A stretch of DNA of 64,000 nt, from positions 121,262 through 185,261 of the forward strand of contig NIVC01002307.1 of NCBI GenBank assembly GCA_002269645.1. The letters run 5' to 3'. Of the stretch, positions 20,329 through 32,960 are shown one piece after another (position 1 is the stretch's first letter; each line of letters begins with the position of its first letter). Under the pieces are notes generated by a model. The model worked only from the letters and a program-made list of their open reading frames with translations. It was not told the origin of the DNA and ran no database searches. This DNA is from Macrostomum lignano (lineage: Eukaryota). Both the position numbers and the translations under genes were made by a program.

Positions 20329-21447
20329 GCTCCCAGACTCTCAGGTGAGACTGGATTCTCCCACCAACTCTCCCAGACTCTCAGGTGAGACTGGATTCTC
20401 CCCCCCCAACTCTCCCAGACTCTCAGGTGAGACTGGATTCTCCCCCCCAACTATCCCAGACTCTCAGGTAAGACTGGATTCTCCCCCCCCAACTCTCCCA
20501 GACTCTCAGGTGAGACTGGATTCTCCCCCTCCCAACTCTCCCAGACTCTCAGGTGAGACTGGATTCTCCCCCCCCAACTCTCCCAGACTCTCAGGTGAGA
20601 CTGGATTCTCCCCCCACCAACTCTCCCAGACTCTCAGGTGAGACTGGATTCTCCCACCAACTCTCCCAGACTCTCAGGTGAGACTGGATTCTCCCACCAA
20701 CTCTCCCAGACTCTCAGGTGAAACTGGATTCTCCCACCAACTCTCCCAGACTCTCAGGTGAGACTGGATTCTCCCCCCAACTCTCCCAGACTCTCAGGTA
20801 AGACTGGATTCTCCCCCCAACTCTCCCAGACTCTCAGGTGAGACTGGATTCTCCCCCCCCAACTCTCCCAGACTCTCAGGTGAGACTGGATTCTCCCCCC
20901 CCAACTCTCCCAGACTCTCAGGTGAGACTGGATTCTCCCACCAACTCTCCCAGACTCTCAGGTGAGACTGGATTCTCCCACCAACTCTCCCAGACTCTCA
21001 GGTGAGACTGGATTCTCCCACCAACTCTCCCAGACTCTCAGGTGAGACTGGATTCTCCCACCAACTCTCCCAGACTCTCAGGTGAGACTGGATTCTCCCA
21101 CCAACTCTCCCAGACTCTCAGGTGAGACTGGATTCTCCCCCCCAACTCTCCCAGACTCTCAGGTGAGACTGGATTCTCCCCCCCCAACTCTCCCAGACTC
21201 TCAGGTGAGACTGGATTCTCCCCCCCCCAACTCTCCCAGACTCTCAGGTGAGACTGGATTCTCCCACCAACTCTCCCAGACTCTCAGGTGAGACTGGATT
21301 CTCCCACCAACTCTCCCAGACTCTCAGGTGAGACTGGATTCTCCCACCAACTCTCCCAGACTCTCAGGTGAGACTGGATTCTCCCACCAACTCTCCCAGA
21401 CTCTCAGGTGAGACTGGATTCTCCCACCAATTTTCCTAGACTCTGAG
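20329..21447. repeat. ~40-bp minisatellite with variable C-run
   Basis: Unit CCAACTCTCCCAGACTCTCAGGTGAGACTGGATTCTCCCA. Confidence 0.95.
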
Positions 21448-21570
21448 GTAAAACGAACGCGAAATAATCCCTTAATTATGTGCGTAGATGGAGACAGAAC
21501 GTGCTAACTCGTCTCGTGGCGTTAAAATAATCTGTACTAATCTTTACCTGACTAGCAAACTAGTTTTTTT

Positions 21571-21956
21571 TATCGATTCTGGTACAGACATCTATCGATT
21601 CTAGTACAGACATCTATCGATTCTGGTACAGACATCTATCGATTCTGGTACAGACATCTATCGATTCTGGTACAGACATCTATCGATTCTGGTACAGACA
21701 TCTATCGATTCTGGTACAGACATCTATCGATTCTGGTACAGAAATCTATCGATTCTGGTACAGACATCTATCGATTCTGGTACAGACATCTATCGATTCT
21801 GGTACAGACATCTATCGATTCTGGTACAGACATCTATCGATTCTGGTACAGACATCTATCGATTCTGGTACAGACATCTATCGATTCTGGTACAGACATC
21901 TATCGATTCTGGTACAGACATCTATCGATTCTGGTACAGACATCTATCGATTCTGT
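21571..21956. repeat. 22-bp minisatellite
   Basis: Unit ACAGACATCTATCGATTCTGGT, nearly invariant. Confidence 0.95.
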
Positions 21957-22214
21957 ATCTACCGCAACCAGCTTGCAACACAGGGCGCACAGCACCCGGA
22001 CTCCAATAGAAAACACCTGATTGCTAAACAAAGGATTCGAGCATAGAAAAGGCCAGCTAGGCCACAGAATAGGATCAGTAATAACAAACAAAGGAAGCAA
22101 GGAAGGAAGGTAGAAAATACAAAGGAGAGAAAAATGACAATTGCAGTCATTGTTGCTAATTTGAATTTGCTGCAGAATAGATAGGTGCTCTAGGAGCTGT
22201 CCTCAGAGCGGCAT

Positions 22215-25200
22215 TCACCACAGCAGACAGAAGACGGCTGCAAAGACTGTTGCCAGGCCAACCAAAATCGCTGAGCTGGTGCGGGCGGTCGCCCTGGACC
22301 CGCCAGAAATATTCTGTGTGCTCTTCTTGGGCTCCGTTATGCAGGGAACTGCTAATGGCGGGTTTGGTTCGGAGTTTCAAGTGCGTTTCTCGTGCGAGCT
22401 GCATGTAACTGTCTGTGAGAGCCGATTTCAAGGAGTATATGGGATGTGTACAGCCTTTTTTAATGTTTCTTTTTTTCAATTCTGATGTACACCCTTTGTG
22501 AGCGTCTGTGCCTGCGTGTGGAATTTGCATGACAATGTTCTACAGCGAATCAAACTGCCTTACCATTTTGCTGCATATAGTTGCGAATGTTCCTCATCTG
22601 AGCGTTCCAGAAGTTGCACTTCCTTCGCCGCAGATTCTCGCCGACTTTATAGCCGCTGGAGCCTTGCTTGACTTCCAGCACAATGTGCGACCGGTTGCCC
22701 ATCCTATAGGGCGGCCAGGTCATTATGTGCTCCTGGATGTTCCGCGTGCCCTCCGGCTGGTTAGGGTTGCTGAGGACAGGTTTGGGTGAGGATTGTAGTG
22801 CAATGACGGATGTTGGGGCAGGTGAGGCTGCATAATGACGGATGTTGGGGCGGGTGAGGCTGCATAATGACGGATATTGGGGTGAGGCTGCATAATGATG
22901 GATATTAGGGTGAGGCTGCATAATGACGGATATTGGGGTGAGGCTGCATAATGACGGATATTAGGGCGGGTGAGGCTGCATAATGACGGATATTGGGGCG
23001 GGTGAGGCTGCATAATGACGGATATTGGGGCGGGTGAGGCTGCATAATGACGGATATTAGGGCGGGTGAGGCTGCATAATGACGGATATTGGGGTGAATG
23101 AGGCTGCATAATGACGGATATTGGGGTGAGGCTGCATAATGACGGATATTGGGGTGGGTGAGGCTGCATAATGACGCACATTGACGATAAAATGACAAGA
23201 CAAATTTCTTGTTCAACTGTGTCCTATAAAAGCACTCTTAACTCACCCGGTCTTGGCAAAGTTGGACCAAAACTTGAGCATATCCCTGCTTAGCTCCTCC
23301 TCAGCCGGTGTGTACTTATAAAAGTTCTTGGTGAAGTTCTCATTGAACGGCATGCCGAATGTGTAATCCAGCTCGTAGCCATGCATCGCTCCGGTCCATT
23401 CTGGCATTGGCAGGCTCTCGGTGTGGTGCTCAAACGAGTACATCCACACGTTGTTCCCTAAGCTGGCCTTCCTCTCCAAGAAGCGCAGATAAAATTCCGC
23501 AAAGTCAATAACCGGACACTTGAACGTGTTGTCCCCGGTCAGCTCGTCGAAGGCGTACAGGACATCCTTGCTGGTCCAGTGGTTGAAGCCGTACTTTGGC
23601 GATGGCAGCTGGTACTCGAAGGCCAAAGAGTCCACAATCAGTGGGTTGAGATTCTGGCTGTGCATGAAGTACTTGGCCAGGATCATGGGCGGGTCTTTCT
23701 CCACGCGCTGGGCGATGCTCGTCACCTTTTTCAGGTGCTCCGCGTCCTCCTTTCTGACGGGATTGGAGCTGCCCCACCAGAACGGTATGTGCCACTTGTT
23801 GCTGCTCAGGTTCGTCTTGGGCAGGAAGAAAGAGGACAGCGCGTACACAATCCAGAATACGCCTTCGTTCTTCACCACGCCTGGAATTTGTTGCGGTGGA
23901 CCGCCGAGGTTGTTAAATAGTCTCAGGAATAGTCCCAGATCCAGAGATTTCAACCCAACATTCTCGTACAATCTGCTTTCAAAAATCAAAATTTGAGATT
24001 CTCCTTTCCAAATTCTCCCTCCGAGAGTCTCCATCCGAGATTTTCAATCTGAGATTCTCCCTCTGAGATTCTCCCTCCGAGATTCTCCTTTTGAGATTCT
24101 TCCTCTGAGATTCTCCCTCCGAGATTCTCCTTTTGAGATTCTTCCTCTGAGATTCTCAATCTGGGATTATCCGTTACGAGATTCTCCCTCCGAGATTCTC
24201 CTTTTGAGATTCTTCCTCTGAGATTCTCAATCTGGGATTATCCGTTACGAGATTCTCCCTTCGAGATTCTCTCTTTGAGATTCTCCCTCTGAGATTCTCA
24301 ATCTGAGATTCGCCCTCTGAGATTCTCAATCTGAGATTCTCCCTCTGAGATTCTCCCTCCGAGACTCTTCCTCTTAAATTCTCCCTCTGGGATTCTCCTT
24401 CCGAAATTCTCCCTTTGAGATTCTCCCTCTGATATTCTCCCTCCGAGACTCTCAATCTGAGATTCTCCCTCCGAGATTCTCCTTTTGAGATTCTTCCTCT
24501 GAGATTCTCAATCTGAGATTCTCCCTCTAAGATTCTCAATCTGAGATTCTCCCTCTGAGATTTTCCCTCCGAGATTCTCCCTCTGAGATTCTCCCTCCGA
24601 GATTCTCCCTCCGAGATTCTCCTTTTGAGATTCTCCCTCTGAGATTCTCCCTCCGAGATTCTCAATCTGAGATTCTCCCTCCGAGATTCTCCTTTTGAGA
24701 TTATTCCTCTGAGATTCTCAATCTGAGATTCTCCCTCTAAGATTCTCAATCTGAGATTCTCCCTCTGAGATTTTCCCTCCGAGATTCTCCCTCTGAGATT
24801 CTCCCTCCGAGATTATCCCTCTGAGATTCTCCCTCCGAAATTCTCCCTCCGAGATTCTCAATCTGAGATTATCACTTACGAGATTCTCCCTACGAGATTC
24901 TCCCTCTGAGATTCTCCCTCCGAGATTCTCCCTCCGAGATTCTCCTTTTGAGATTCTCCCTCTGAGATTCTCCCTCCGAAATTCTCCCTCCGAGATTCTC
25001 AATCTGAGATTATCACTTACGAGATTCTCCCTACGAGATTCTCCCTCTGAGATTCTCCCTCCGAGATTCTCCTTTTGAGATTCTCCCTCTGAGATTCTCC
25101 CTCCGAGATTCTCAATCTGAGATTCTCCCTCCGAGATTCTCCTTTTGAGATTATTCCTCTGAGATTCTCAATCTGAGATTCTCCCTCTAAGATTCTCAAT

Positions 25201-28200
25201 CTGAGATTCTCCCTCTGAGATTTTCCCTCCGAGATTCTCCCTCTGAGATTCTCCCTCCGAAATTCTCCCTCCGAGATTCTCAATCTGAGATTATCACTTA
25301 CGAGATTCTCCCTACGAGATTCTCCCTCTGAGATTCTCCCTCCGAGATTCTCCCTCCGAGATTCTCCTTTTGAGATTCTCCCTCTGAGATTCTCCCTCCG
25401 AAATTCTCCCTCCGAGATTCTCAATCTGAGATTATCACTTACGAGATTCTCCCTACGAGATTCTCCCTCTGAGATTCTCCCTCCGAGATTCTCCTTTTGA
25501 GATTCTCCCTCTGAGATTCTCCCTCCGAGATTCTCAATCCGAGATTCTCCCTCCAAGATTCTTCCTTTGAGATTCTCCCTCCGAAATTCTCCCTTTGAGA
25601 TTCTCCCTCCGAGATTCTCCCTCCGAGATTCTCCTTTTGAGATTCTTCCTCTGAGATTCTCAATCTGAGATTCTCCCTCTGATATTCTCAATCTGAGATT
25701 CTCCCTCTGAGATTATCCTCTGAGATTCTCCATCTGAGATGATCCCTCTGAGATTCTCCCTTTAAGATTCTCAATCCGAGATTCTCCCTCCGAGATTCTT
25801 CCTTTGAGATTCTCCCTCCGAGATTCTCCCTTTGAGATTCACCCTCCGAGATTCTCCCTCCGAGATTCTCCTTTTGAGATTCTTCCTCTGAGATTCTCAA
25901 TCTGAGATTCTCCCTCTGATATTCTCAATCAGAGATTCTCCCTCTGAGATTATCCTCTGAGATTCTCAATCCGAGATTCTCCCTCCGAGATTCTCCTTTT
26001 GAGATTCTTCCTCTGAGATTCTCAATCTGAGATTCTCCCTCCGAGATTCTCCTTTTGAGATTCTTCCTCTGAGATTCTCAATCTGAGATTCTCCCTCTGA
26101 GATTTTCCCTCCGAGATTATCCCTCTGAGATTATCCCTCTGAGATTCTCCCTTTAAGATTCTCAATCTGAGATTCTCCCTCTGAGATTTTCCCTCCGAGA
26201 TTATCCCTCTGAGATTATCCCTCTGAGATTCTCCCTTTAAGATTCTCAATCTGAGATTCTCCCTCTGAGATTTTCCCTCCGAGATTATCCCTCTGAGATT
26301 CTCCCTCCGAGATTCTTCCTTTGAGATTCTCCCTTCGAGATTCTCCCTCCGAGAATCTCCCTCTGACATTCTCCCTCCGAGAATCCCCCCCCGAGAACGG
26401 CATCCCAGTAGCAATCTCCCTGTAAGAAATTTATTCCCAGAATCTTCTAGCCGGAATCTAAATCTTAAATCTTCACAGGCAGCCCAGGCCGAGTGACACA
26501 GCCAGGCACAAGGATATCTTGGCGGGATCAGCAGTCAACCCGTAGCAGAGCACCCGTATAGCAAGCGCGCAAATTCGAAAAGCCATCTCGATCAGATAAG
26601 ATCGAACCAGACAGGCAGATGGTCGGCACAGAAACTAATGCAAAAATAAATTTGTACTAAGTGCATGTAAAGCTAGAGGAAATAGACGGCGCTAAAAGGT
26701 GGCGACAGAGACATATGACGGACCGTTTTGAAAATTTTTAGCTTGGCCTGCAGCGCGCCCAGATATTGGGACGGAGATAAACAAGAAAAGTTTTTAGAGA
26801 AAGCCCAGATAGCATGGTTTTCTGTGTCGCCAGTCTGCTAAATGAAGAATAGAAATGTTTGATATTAATATTCTGAAATAGCAGAAGATTGAAAGCATCA
26901 TGCTTGGTCTCGGATCGCATTCCAGCTAATTCTGTCGGGCCGAAAATTCCGTCCTGTCTTTGAGGTCTAAACTGACCGCTAGCCTCACCCTCACTCAGGT
27001 CTAGACTGACCGCTAACCTCACCCTCACTCAGGTCTAGACTGCCCGCTAACCTCACCCTCACTCAGGTCTAGACTGCCCGCTAGCCTCACCCTCACTCAG
27101 GTCTAGACTGCCCGCTAACCTCACCCTCACTCAGGTCTAGACTGCCCGCTAACCTCACCCTCACTCAGGTCTAGACTGACCGCTAGCTTCACCCTCACTC
27201 AGGTCTAGACTGCCCGCTAGCCTCACCCTCACTCAGGTCTAGACTGCCCGCTAACCTCACCCTCACTCAGGTCTAGACTGCCCGCTAGCCTCACCCTCAC
27301 TCAGGTCTAGACTGCCCGCTAGCTTCACCCTCACTCAGGTCTAGACTGCCCGCTAGCTTCACCCTCACTCAGGTCTAGACTGCCCGCTAACCTCACCCTC
27401 ACTCAGGTCTAGACTGCCCGCTAACCTCACCCTCACTCAGGTCTAGACTGCCCGCTAACCTCACCCTCACTCAGGTCCAGACTGCCCTTCACCCTCACTC
27501 AGGTCTAGACTGTCCGCTAACCTCACCCTCACAGGTCTAGACTGCCCGCTAGCCTCACCCTCACTCAGGTCTAGACTGCCCGCTAGCTTCACCCTCACTC
27601 AGGTCTAGACTGACCGCTAGCTTCACCCTCACTCAGGTCTAGACTGCCCGCTAACCTCACCCTCACAGGTCTAGACTGCCCGCTAACCTCACCCTCACTC
27701 AGGTCTAGACTGACCGCTAGCTTCACCCTCACTCAGGTCTAGACTGCCCGCTAACCTCACCCTCACTCAGGTCTAAACTGACCGCTAACCTCACCCTCAC
27801 TCAGGTCTAGACTGCCCGCTAACCTCACCCTCACTCAGGTCTAGACTGACCGCTAGCTTCACCCTCACTCAGGTCTAGACTGCCCGCTAACCTCACCCTC
27901 ACTCAGGTCTAAACTGTCCGCTAACCTCACCCTCATTCAGGTCTAGACTGACCGCTAGCTTCACCCTCACTTAGGTCTAGACTGACCGCTAGCTTCACCC
28001 TCACTCAGGTCTAGACTGCCCGCTAACCTCACCCTCACTCAGGTCTAGACTGCCCGCTAGCTTCACCCTCACTCAGGTCTAGACTGCCCGCTAACCTCAC
28101 CCTCACTCAGGTCTAGACTGCCCGCTAACCTCACCCTCACTCAGGTCTAGACTGCCCGCTAGCCTCACCCTCACTCAGGTCTAGACTGTCCACTAACCTC

Positions 28201-31200
28201 ACCCTCACTCAGGTCTAGACTTCAGGCCATTCCCGCTAACACCTCACCCAGCATGAGGTCAGTCTTCTTCATGTTGTCCCTCTGCACTGAGATGCGCGGA
28301 TCCTCCGGCATGAACTCGGTGCCGTACACCGGTCGTAGTGGCAGGTAGAAAAAGTACAACGGCGGCTCTGTCAGGTTGCTCCGCCGACCAATTCGTGACT
28401 GGTACCTGTTGTAGTAGGGCACTCGTTCTTCGTTGATTTTCGCCACAATGGGATAGAGCTTGGCCTGGATCTTCTCCGGACTGATGTGGCGCATGCAGCC
28501 AATAATTCTCTTCCTGTTGCCGTGGCCAACATAGCAGTTGAGCTGGACGGCCAGGATGTAGGCCCGGTGTCTGGCCCTGGCCTGATCCTCGCTGGCCCAG
28601 TAGGCCAGGGCGCTGCCGCTGTTCATGATTGCCCGCGAGAAATACTTCTGCGACTCGGGCAGCAGCATGTGCAGGCTGACCGACACCGCGCCAGCCGACT
28701 CGCCAAAGATCGTCACCCGTGACGGGTCGCCACCGAAGTACCTGACGGTGGATGCGGATACCGAACCGATTCAATGTCGCTGTTGTATAAAGGAGGTTGA
28801 AATTTTGCCACGCCTAGTGACTTGATAGAGAGGCTTGTACTGTCACACATTGACTTGATAGAGAGGCTTGTACTGTCACACATTGACTTGATAGAGAGGC
28901 TTGTACTGTCACACATTGACTTGATAGAGAGGCTTGTACTGTCACACCTTGACTTGATAGAGAAGCTTGTACTGTCACATATTGACTTGATAGAGAGACT
29001 TGTACTGTCACACCTTGACTTGATAGAGAGGCTTGTACTGTCACACATTGACTTGATAGAGAGATTTGTACTGTCATACCTTGACTTGATAGAGAGGCTT
29101 GTACTGTCACACATTGACTTGATAGAGAGGCTTGTACTGTCACACATTGACTTGATAGAGAGGCTTGTACTGTCACACATTATCCTGAGAGAGAGGCTTC
29201 GGATGTCATACTTAAGGTTACATTTAGGTCTAGACTGCTACACCAGAAACAGAGGTCTGAGGTGTGGCAGCTCAGGTGCCAGAGTCTCACAAGCATGAGC
29301 AGCATTACAGAAATAGCATTTCCCACTCGACACACAATATGATAATCGAACCTGGCATTCGTCCAAATCCATTTCATAGCCAGCCGTTGGTCCATGAGCC
29401 CCATGTTGCCTGGCGCCTCATCCGGGTCCAGGTACAGGAAGCCGAAGGCGCCGGTTCGGTACTGCATCGAGGCCACCACGACGTCTCCTTTGGAGGCCAG
29501 CACTGCGCCATCGTAAATCTCCAGGGAGGCCGAGCCGCCGTAGAACCCGCCGCCGAATATCCACACCATGACGGCCTTCTTGTCGCCCTGATTCTCGGTG
29601 GGGGTCCACACATTCAGGTAGAGGCAGTCCTCCGACATTTCCGTGTTGTTCCACCAGATTAGCAGAGCCGGATTCTGCCCGGGGTACGCATTTATTGCTG
29701 CATAATTCCATGCTTCCCCAGAATCAGCTCTGCCTACTGCCTCACCAACACAGCACAGCCTCCACCTACCACCTCACCAACACAGCACAGCCTCAACCTA
29801 CCGCCTCATCAACACAGCACAGCCTCAACCTACCGCCTCACCAACACAGCACAGCCTCAACCTACCGCCTCACCAACACAGCACAGCCTCCACCTACCGA
29901 CTCATCAACACAGCACAGCCTCAACTCTGCCTACTGCCTCATCAACACAGCACAGCCTCAACCTACCGCCTCATCAACACAGCACAGCCTCCACCTACCG
30001 ACTCATCAACACAGCACAGCCTCAACTCTGCCTACTGCCTCATCAACACAGCACAGCCTCAACTCTGCCTACTGCCTCATCAACACAGCACAGCCTCAAC
30101 TCTGCCTACTGCCTCATCAACACAGCACAGCCTCAACTCTGCCTACTGCCTCATCAACACAGCACAGCATCCACCTACCGACTCATCAACACAGCACAGC
30201 ATCCACCTACCGCCTCATCAACACAGCACAGCCTCAACCTACCGCCTCATCAACACAGCACAGCCTCCACCTACCGCCTCATCAACACAGCACAGCCTCC
30301 ACCTACCGCCTCATCAACACAGCACAGCCTCCACCTACCGCCTCATCAACACAGAACAGCCTCCACCTACCGCCTCACCAACACAGCACAGCCTCAACCT
30401 ACCGCCTCACCAACACAGCACAGCCTCCACCTACCGCCTCACCAACACAGCACAGCCTCAACCTACCGCCTCACCAACACAGCACAGCCTCCACCTACCG
30501 ACTCATCAACACAGCACAGCCTCAACTCTGCCTACTGCCTCATCAACACAGCACAGCCTCAACCTACCGCCTCATCAACACAGCACAGCCTCCACCTACC
30601 GACTCATCAACACAGCACAGCCTCAACTCTGCCTACTGCCTCATCAACACAGCACAGCCTCAACTCTGCCTACTGCCTCATCAACACAGCACAGCCTCAA
30701 CTCTGCCTACTGCCTCATCAACACAGCACAGCCTCAACTCTGCCTACTGCCTCATCAACACAGAACAGCATCCACCTACCGACTCATCAACACAGCACAG
30801 CCTCAACCTACCGCCTCATCAACACAGCACAGCCTCCACCTACCGCCTCATCAACACAGCACAGCCTCCACCTACCGCCTCATCAACACAGCACAGCCTC
30901 CACCTACCGCCTCATCAACACAGCACAGCCTCCACCTACCGCCTCATCAACACAGAACAGCCTCCACCTACCGCCTCATCAACACAGCACAGCCTCCACC
31001 TACCGCCTCATCAACACAGCACAGCCTCCACCTACCGCCTCATCAACACAGCACAGCCTCCACCTACCGCCTCATCAACACAGCACAGCCTCCACCTACC
31101 GCCTCATCAACACAGAACAGCCTCCACCTACCGCCTCATCAACACAGCACAGCCTCCACCTACCGCCTCATCAACACAGCACAGCCTCCACCTACCGCCT

Positions 31201-32817
31201 CATCAACACAGCACAGCCTCCACCTACCGCCTCATCAACACAGCACAGCCTCCACCTACCGCCTCATCAACACAGAACAGCCTCCACCTACCGCCTCACC
31301 AACACAGCACAGCCTCAACCTACCGCCTCACCAACACAGCACAGCCTCAACTCTGCCTACTGCCTCATCAACACAGCACAGCCTCAACCTACCGCCTCAT
31401 CAACACAGCACAGCCTCCACCTACCGACTCATCAACACAGCACAGCCTCAACTCTGCCTACTGCCTCATCAACACAGCACAGCCTCAACTCTGCCTACTG
31501 CCTCATCAACACAGCACAGCCTCAACTCTGCCTACTGCCTCATCAACACAGCACAGCCTCAACTCTGCCTACTGCCTCATCAACACAGCACAGCATCCAC
31601 CTACCGACTCATCAACACAGCACAGCCTCAACTCTGCCTACTGCCTCATCAACACAGCACAGCCTCAACTCTGCCTACTGCCTCATCAACACAGCACAGC
31701 CTCAACTCTGCCTACTGCCTCATCAACACAGCACAGCCTCAACTCTGCCTACTGCCTCATCAACACAGCACAGCCTCAACTCTGCCTACTGCCTCATCAA
31801 CACAGCACAGCATCCACCTACCGCCTCATCAACACAGCACAGCCTCAACCTACCGCCTCATCAACACAGCACAGCCTCCACCTACCGCCTCATCAACACA
31901 GCACAGTCTCCACCTACCGCCTCATCAACACAGCACAGCCTCCACCTACCGCCTCATCAACACAGCACAGCCTCCACCTACCGCCTCATCAACACAGAAC
32001 AGCCTCCACCTACCGCCTCATCAACACAGAACAGCCTCCACCTACCGCCTCATCAACACAGCACAGCCTCCACCTACCGCCTCATCAACACAGCACAGCC
32101 TCCACCTACCGCCTCATCAACACAGCACAGCCTCAACCTACCGACTCATCAACACAGCACAGCCTCAACTCTGCCTACTGCCTCATCAACACAGCACAGC
32201 CTCCACCTACCGCCTCATCAACACAGCACAGCCTCCACCTACCGCCTCATCAACACAGCACAGCCTCCACCTACCGACTCATCAACACAGCACAGCCTCA
32301 ACTCTGCCTACTGCCTCATCAACACAGCACAGCCTCCACCTACCGCCTCATCAACGCAGCACAGCCTCAGCTTGTACTGTCTCACCGTCCTACCCGTAGA
32401 GTCCTTATCCCCAGCCAAAAGCAAAATCTTGCAGTCGCTCACGTTAATCTCAAACTCGGACTTGCTCATAGGCCAGAAGTAGCAGCTCTTCGGCTTGTAG
32501 AAGGCGTCGAACGGCTCCCGATAGCTGAGACCGATGGGCGCATCCAGCGGCACCGGCGCGCGGAACCGCAGGTTGTCGACAGGCGGCCGGGCGTATGGCA
32601 CGCCCAAGTAGTGCCAGATATCCCGCCCGGACACGGAGCGCCTGAAGCCTCGGATGTGCGAGTTGTCGGCCAATCGCACAGTGTTGCTGCCCGTGGAGCC
32701 GGGCGGCAACGGATTGCCGCCGCCACCCTCGCCGCTGACTGCGATGCTGGAGCTGCGGCTGATGGCCACGGCTGCCAGCAGGAGGCACTGCAGCAGCTGT
32801 TTTGTCTGGCCGGGCAT
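22215..32817 (-). CDS. ace: acetylcholinesterase/cholinesterase, GPI-anchor type; exons 32817-32443, 29674-29352, 28741-28248, 23880-23247, 22769-22564, 22351-22215 (~722 aa)
   Basis: Signal peptide MPGQTKQLLQCLLLAAVAIS; GVPYARPPVDNLRF; SEDCLYLNVW; oxyanion GGGFYGG; catalytic GESAG (Ser), VKNEG (Glu), GAMHGYE (His); C-terminal Cys plus hydrophobic tail ILVGLATVFAAVFCLLW*. All junctions are GT-AG and in phase; the exon 1/2 junction is a best guess. Confidence 0.93.
22790..23178. repeat. ~30-34-bp minisatellite, cholinesterase intron 4
   Basis: Unit about GGGTGAGGCTGCATAATGACGGATATTGG(GGC). Confidence 0.93.
23995..26400. repeat. 12/13-bp GAGATTCTCCCT satellite with higher-order structure, cholinesterase intron 3
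   Basis: 2.4 kb of GAGATTCTC-cored units with periodic variants. Confidence 0.95.
26960..28221. repeat. 34-bp minisatellite, cholinesterase intron 3
   Basis: Unit CTCACTCAGGTCTAGACTGCCCGCTAACCTCACC. Confidence 0.95.
28817..29180. repeat. 33-bp minisatellite, cholinesterase intron 2
   Basis: Unit GACTTGATAGAGAGGCTTGTACTGTCACACATT, ~11 copies. Confidence 0.95.
29705..32370. repeat. 32/37-bp two-variant minisatellite, cholinesterase intron 1
   Basis: Interspersed units GCACAGCCTCCACCTACCGCCTCATCAACACA and GCACAGCCTCAACTCTGCCTACTGCCTCATCAACACA. Confidence 0.95.
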
Positions 32818-32892
32818 TTTCGGTACCTTGGGCGAGCTGGTTCTGCTGAGTTGCACTTTTTTGGCCTGCAGCGATTTTTGAAATTGGGGCGG

Positions 32893-32960
32893 GGGGAGCG
32901 GATTAGCCCAGTGGTTAACGCGCGTCCGACCTTCCAGGTTCGATTCCCAGTGTGTGTATT
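32893..32960 (+). mobile_element. internally deleted tRNA-derived remnant
   Basis: A box TAGCCCAGTGG (32904-32914) and B box GGTTCGATTCC (32937-32947), only 22 nt apart. Confidence 0.5.

Noticed and set aside
24174-26414. Many Arg/Glu/Ser-rich ORFs (RISEGESRRENL)
   Set aside because: Translations of the GAGATTCTCCCT satellite within an intron.
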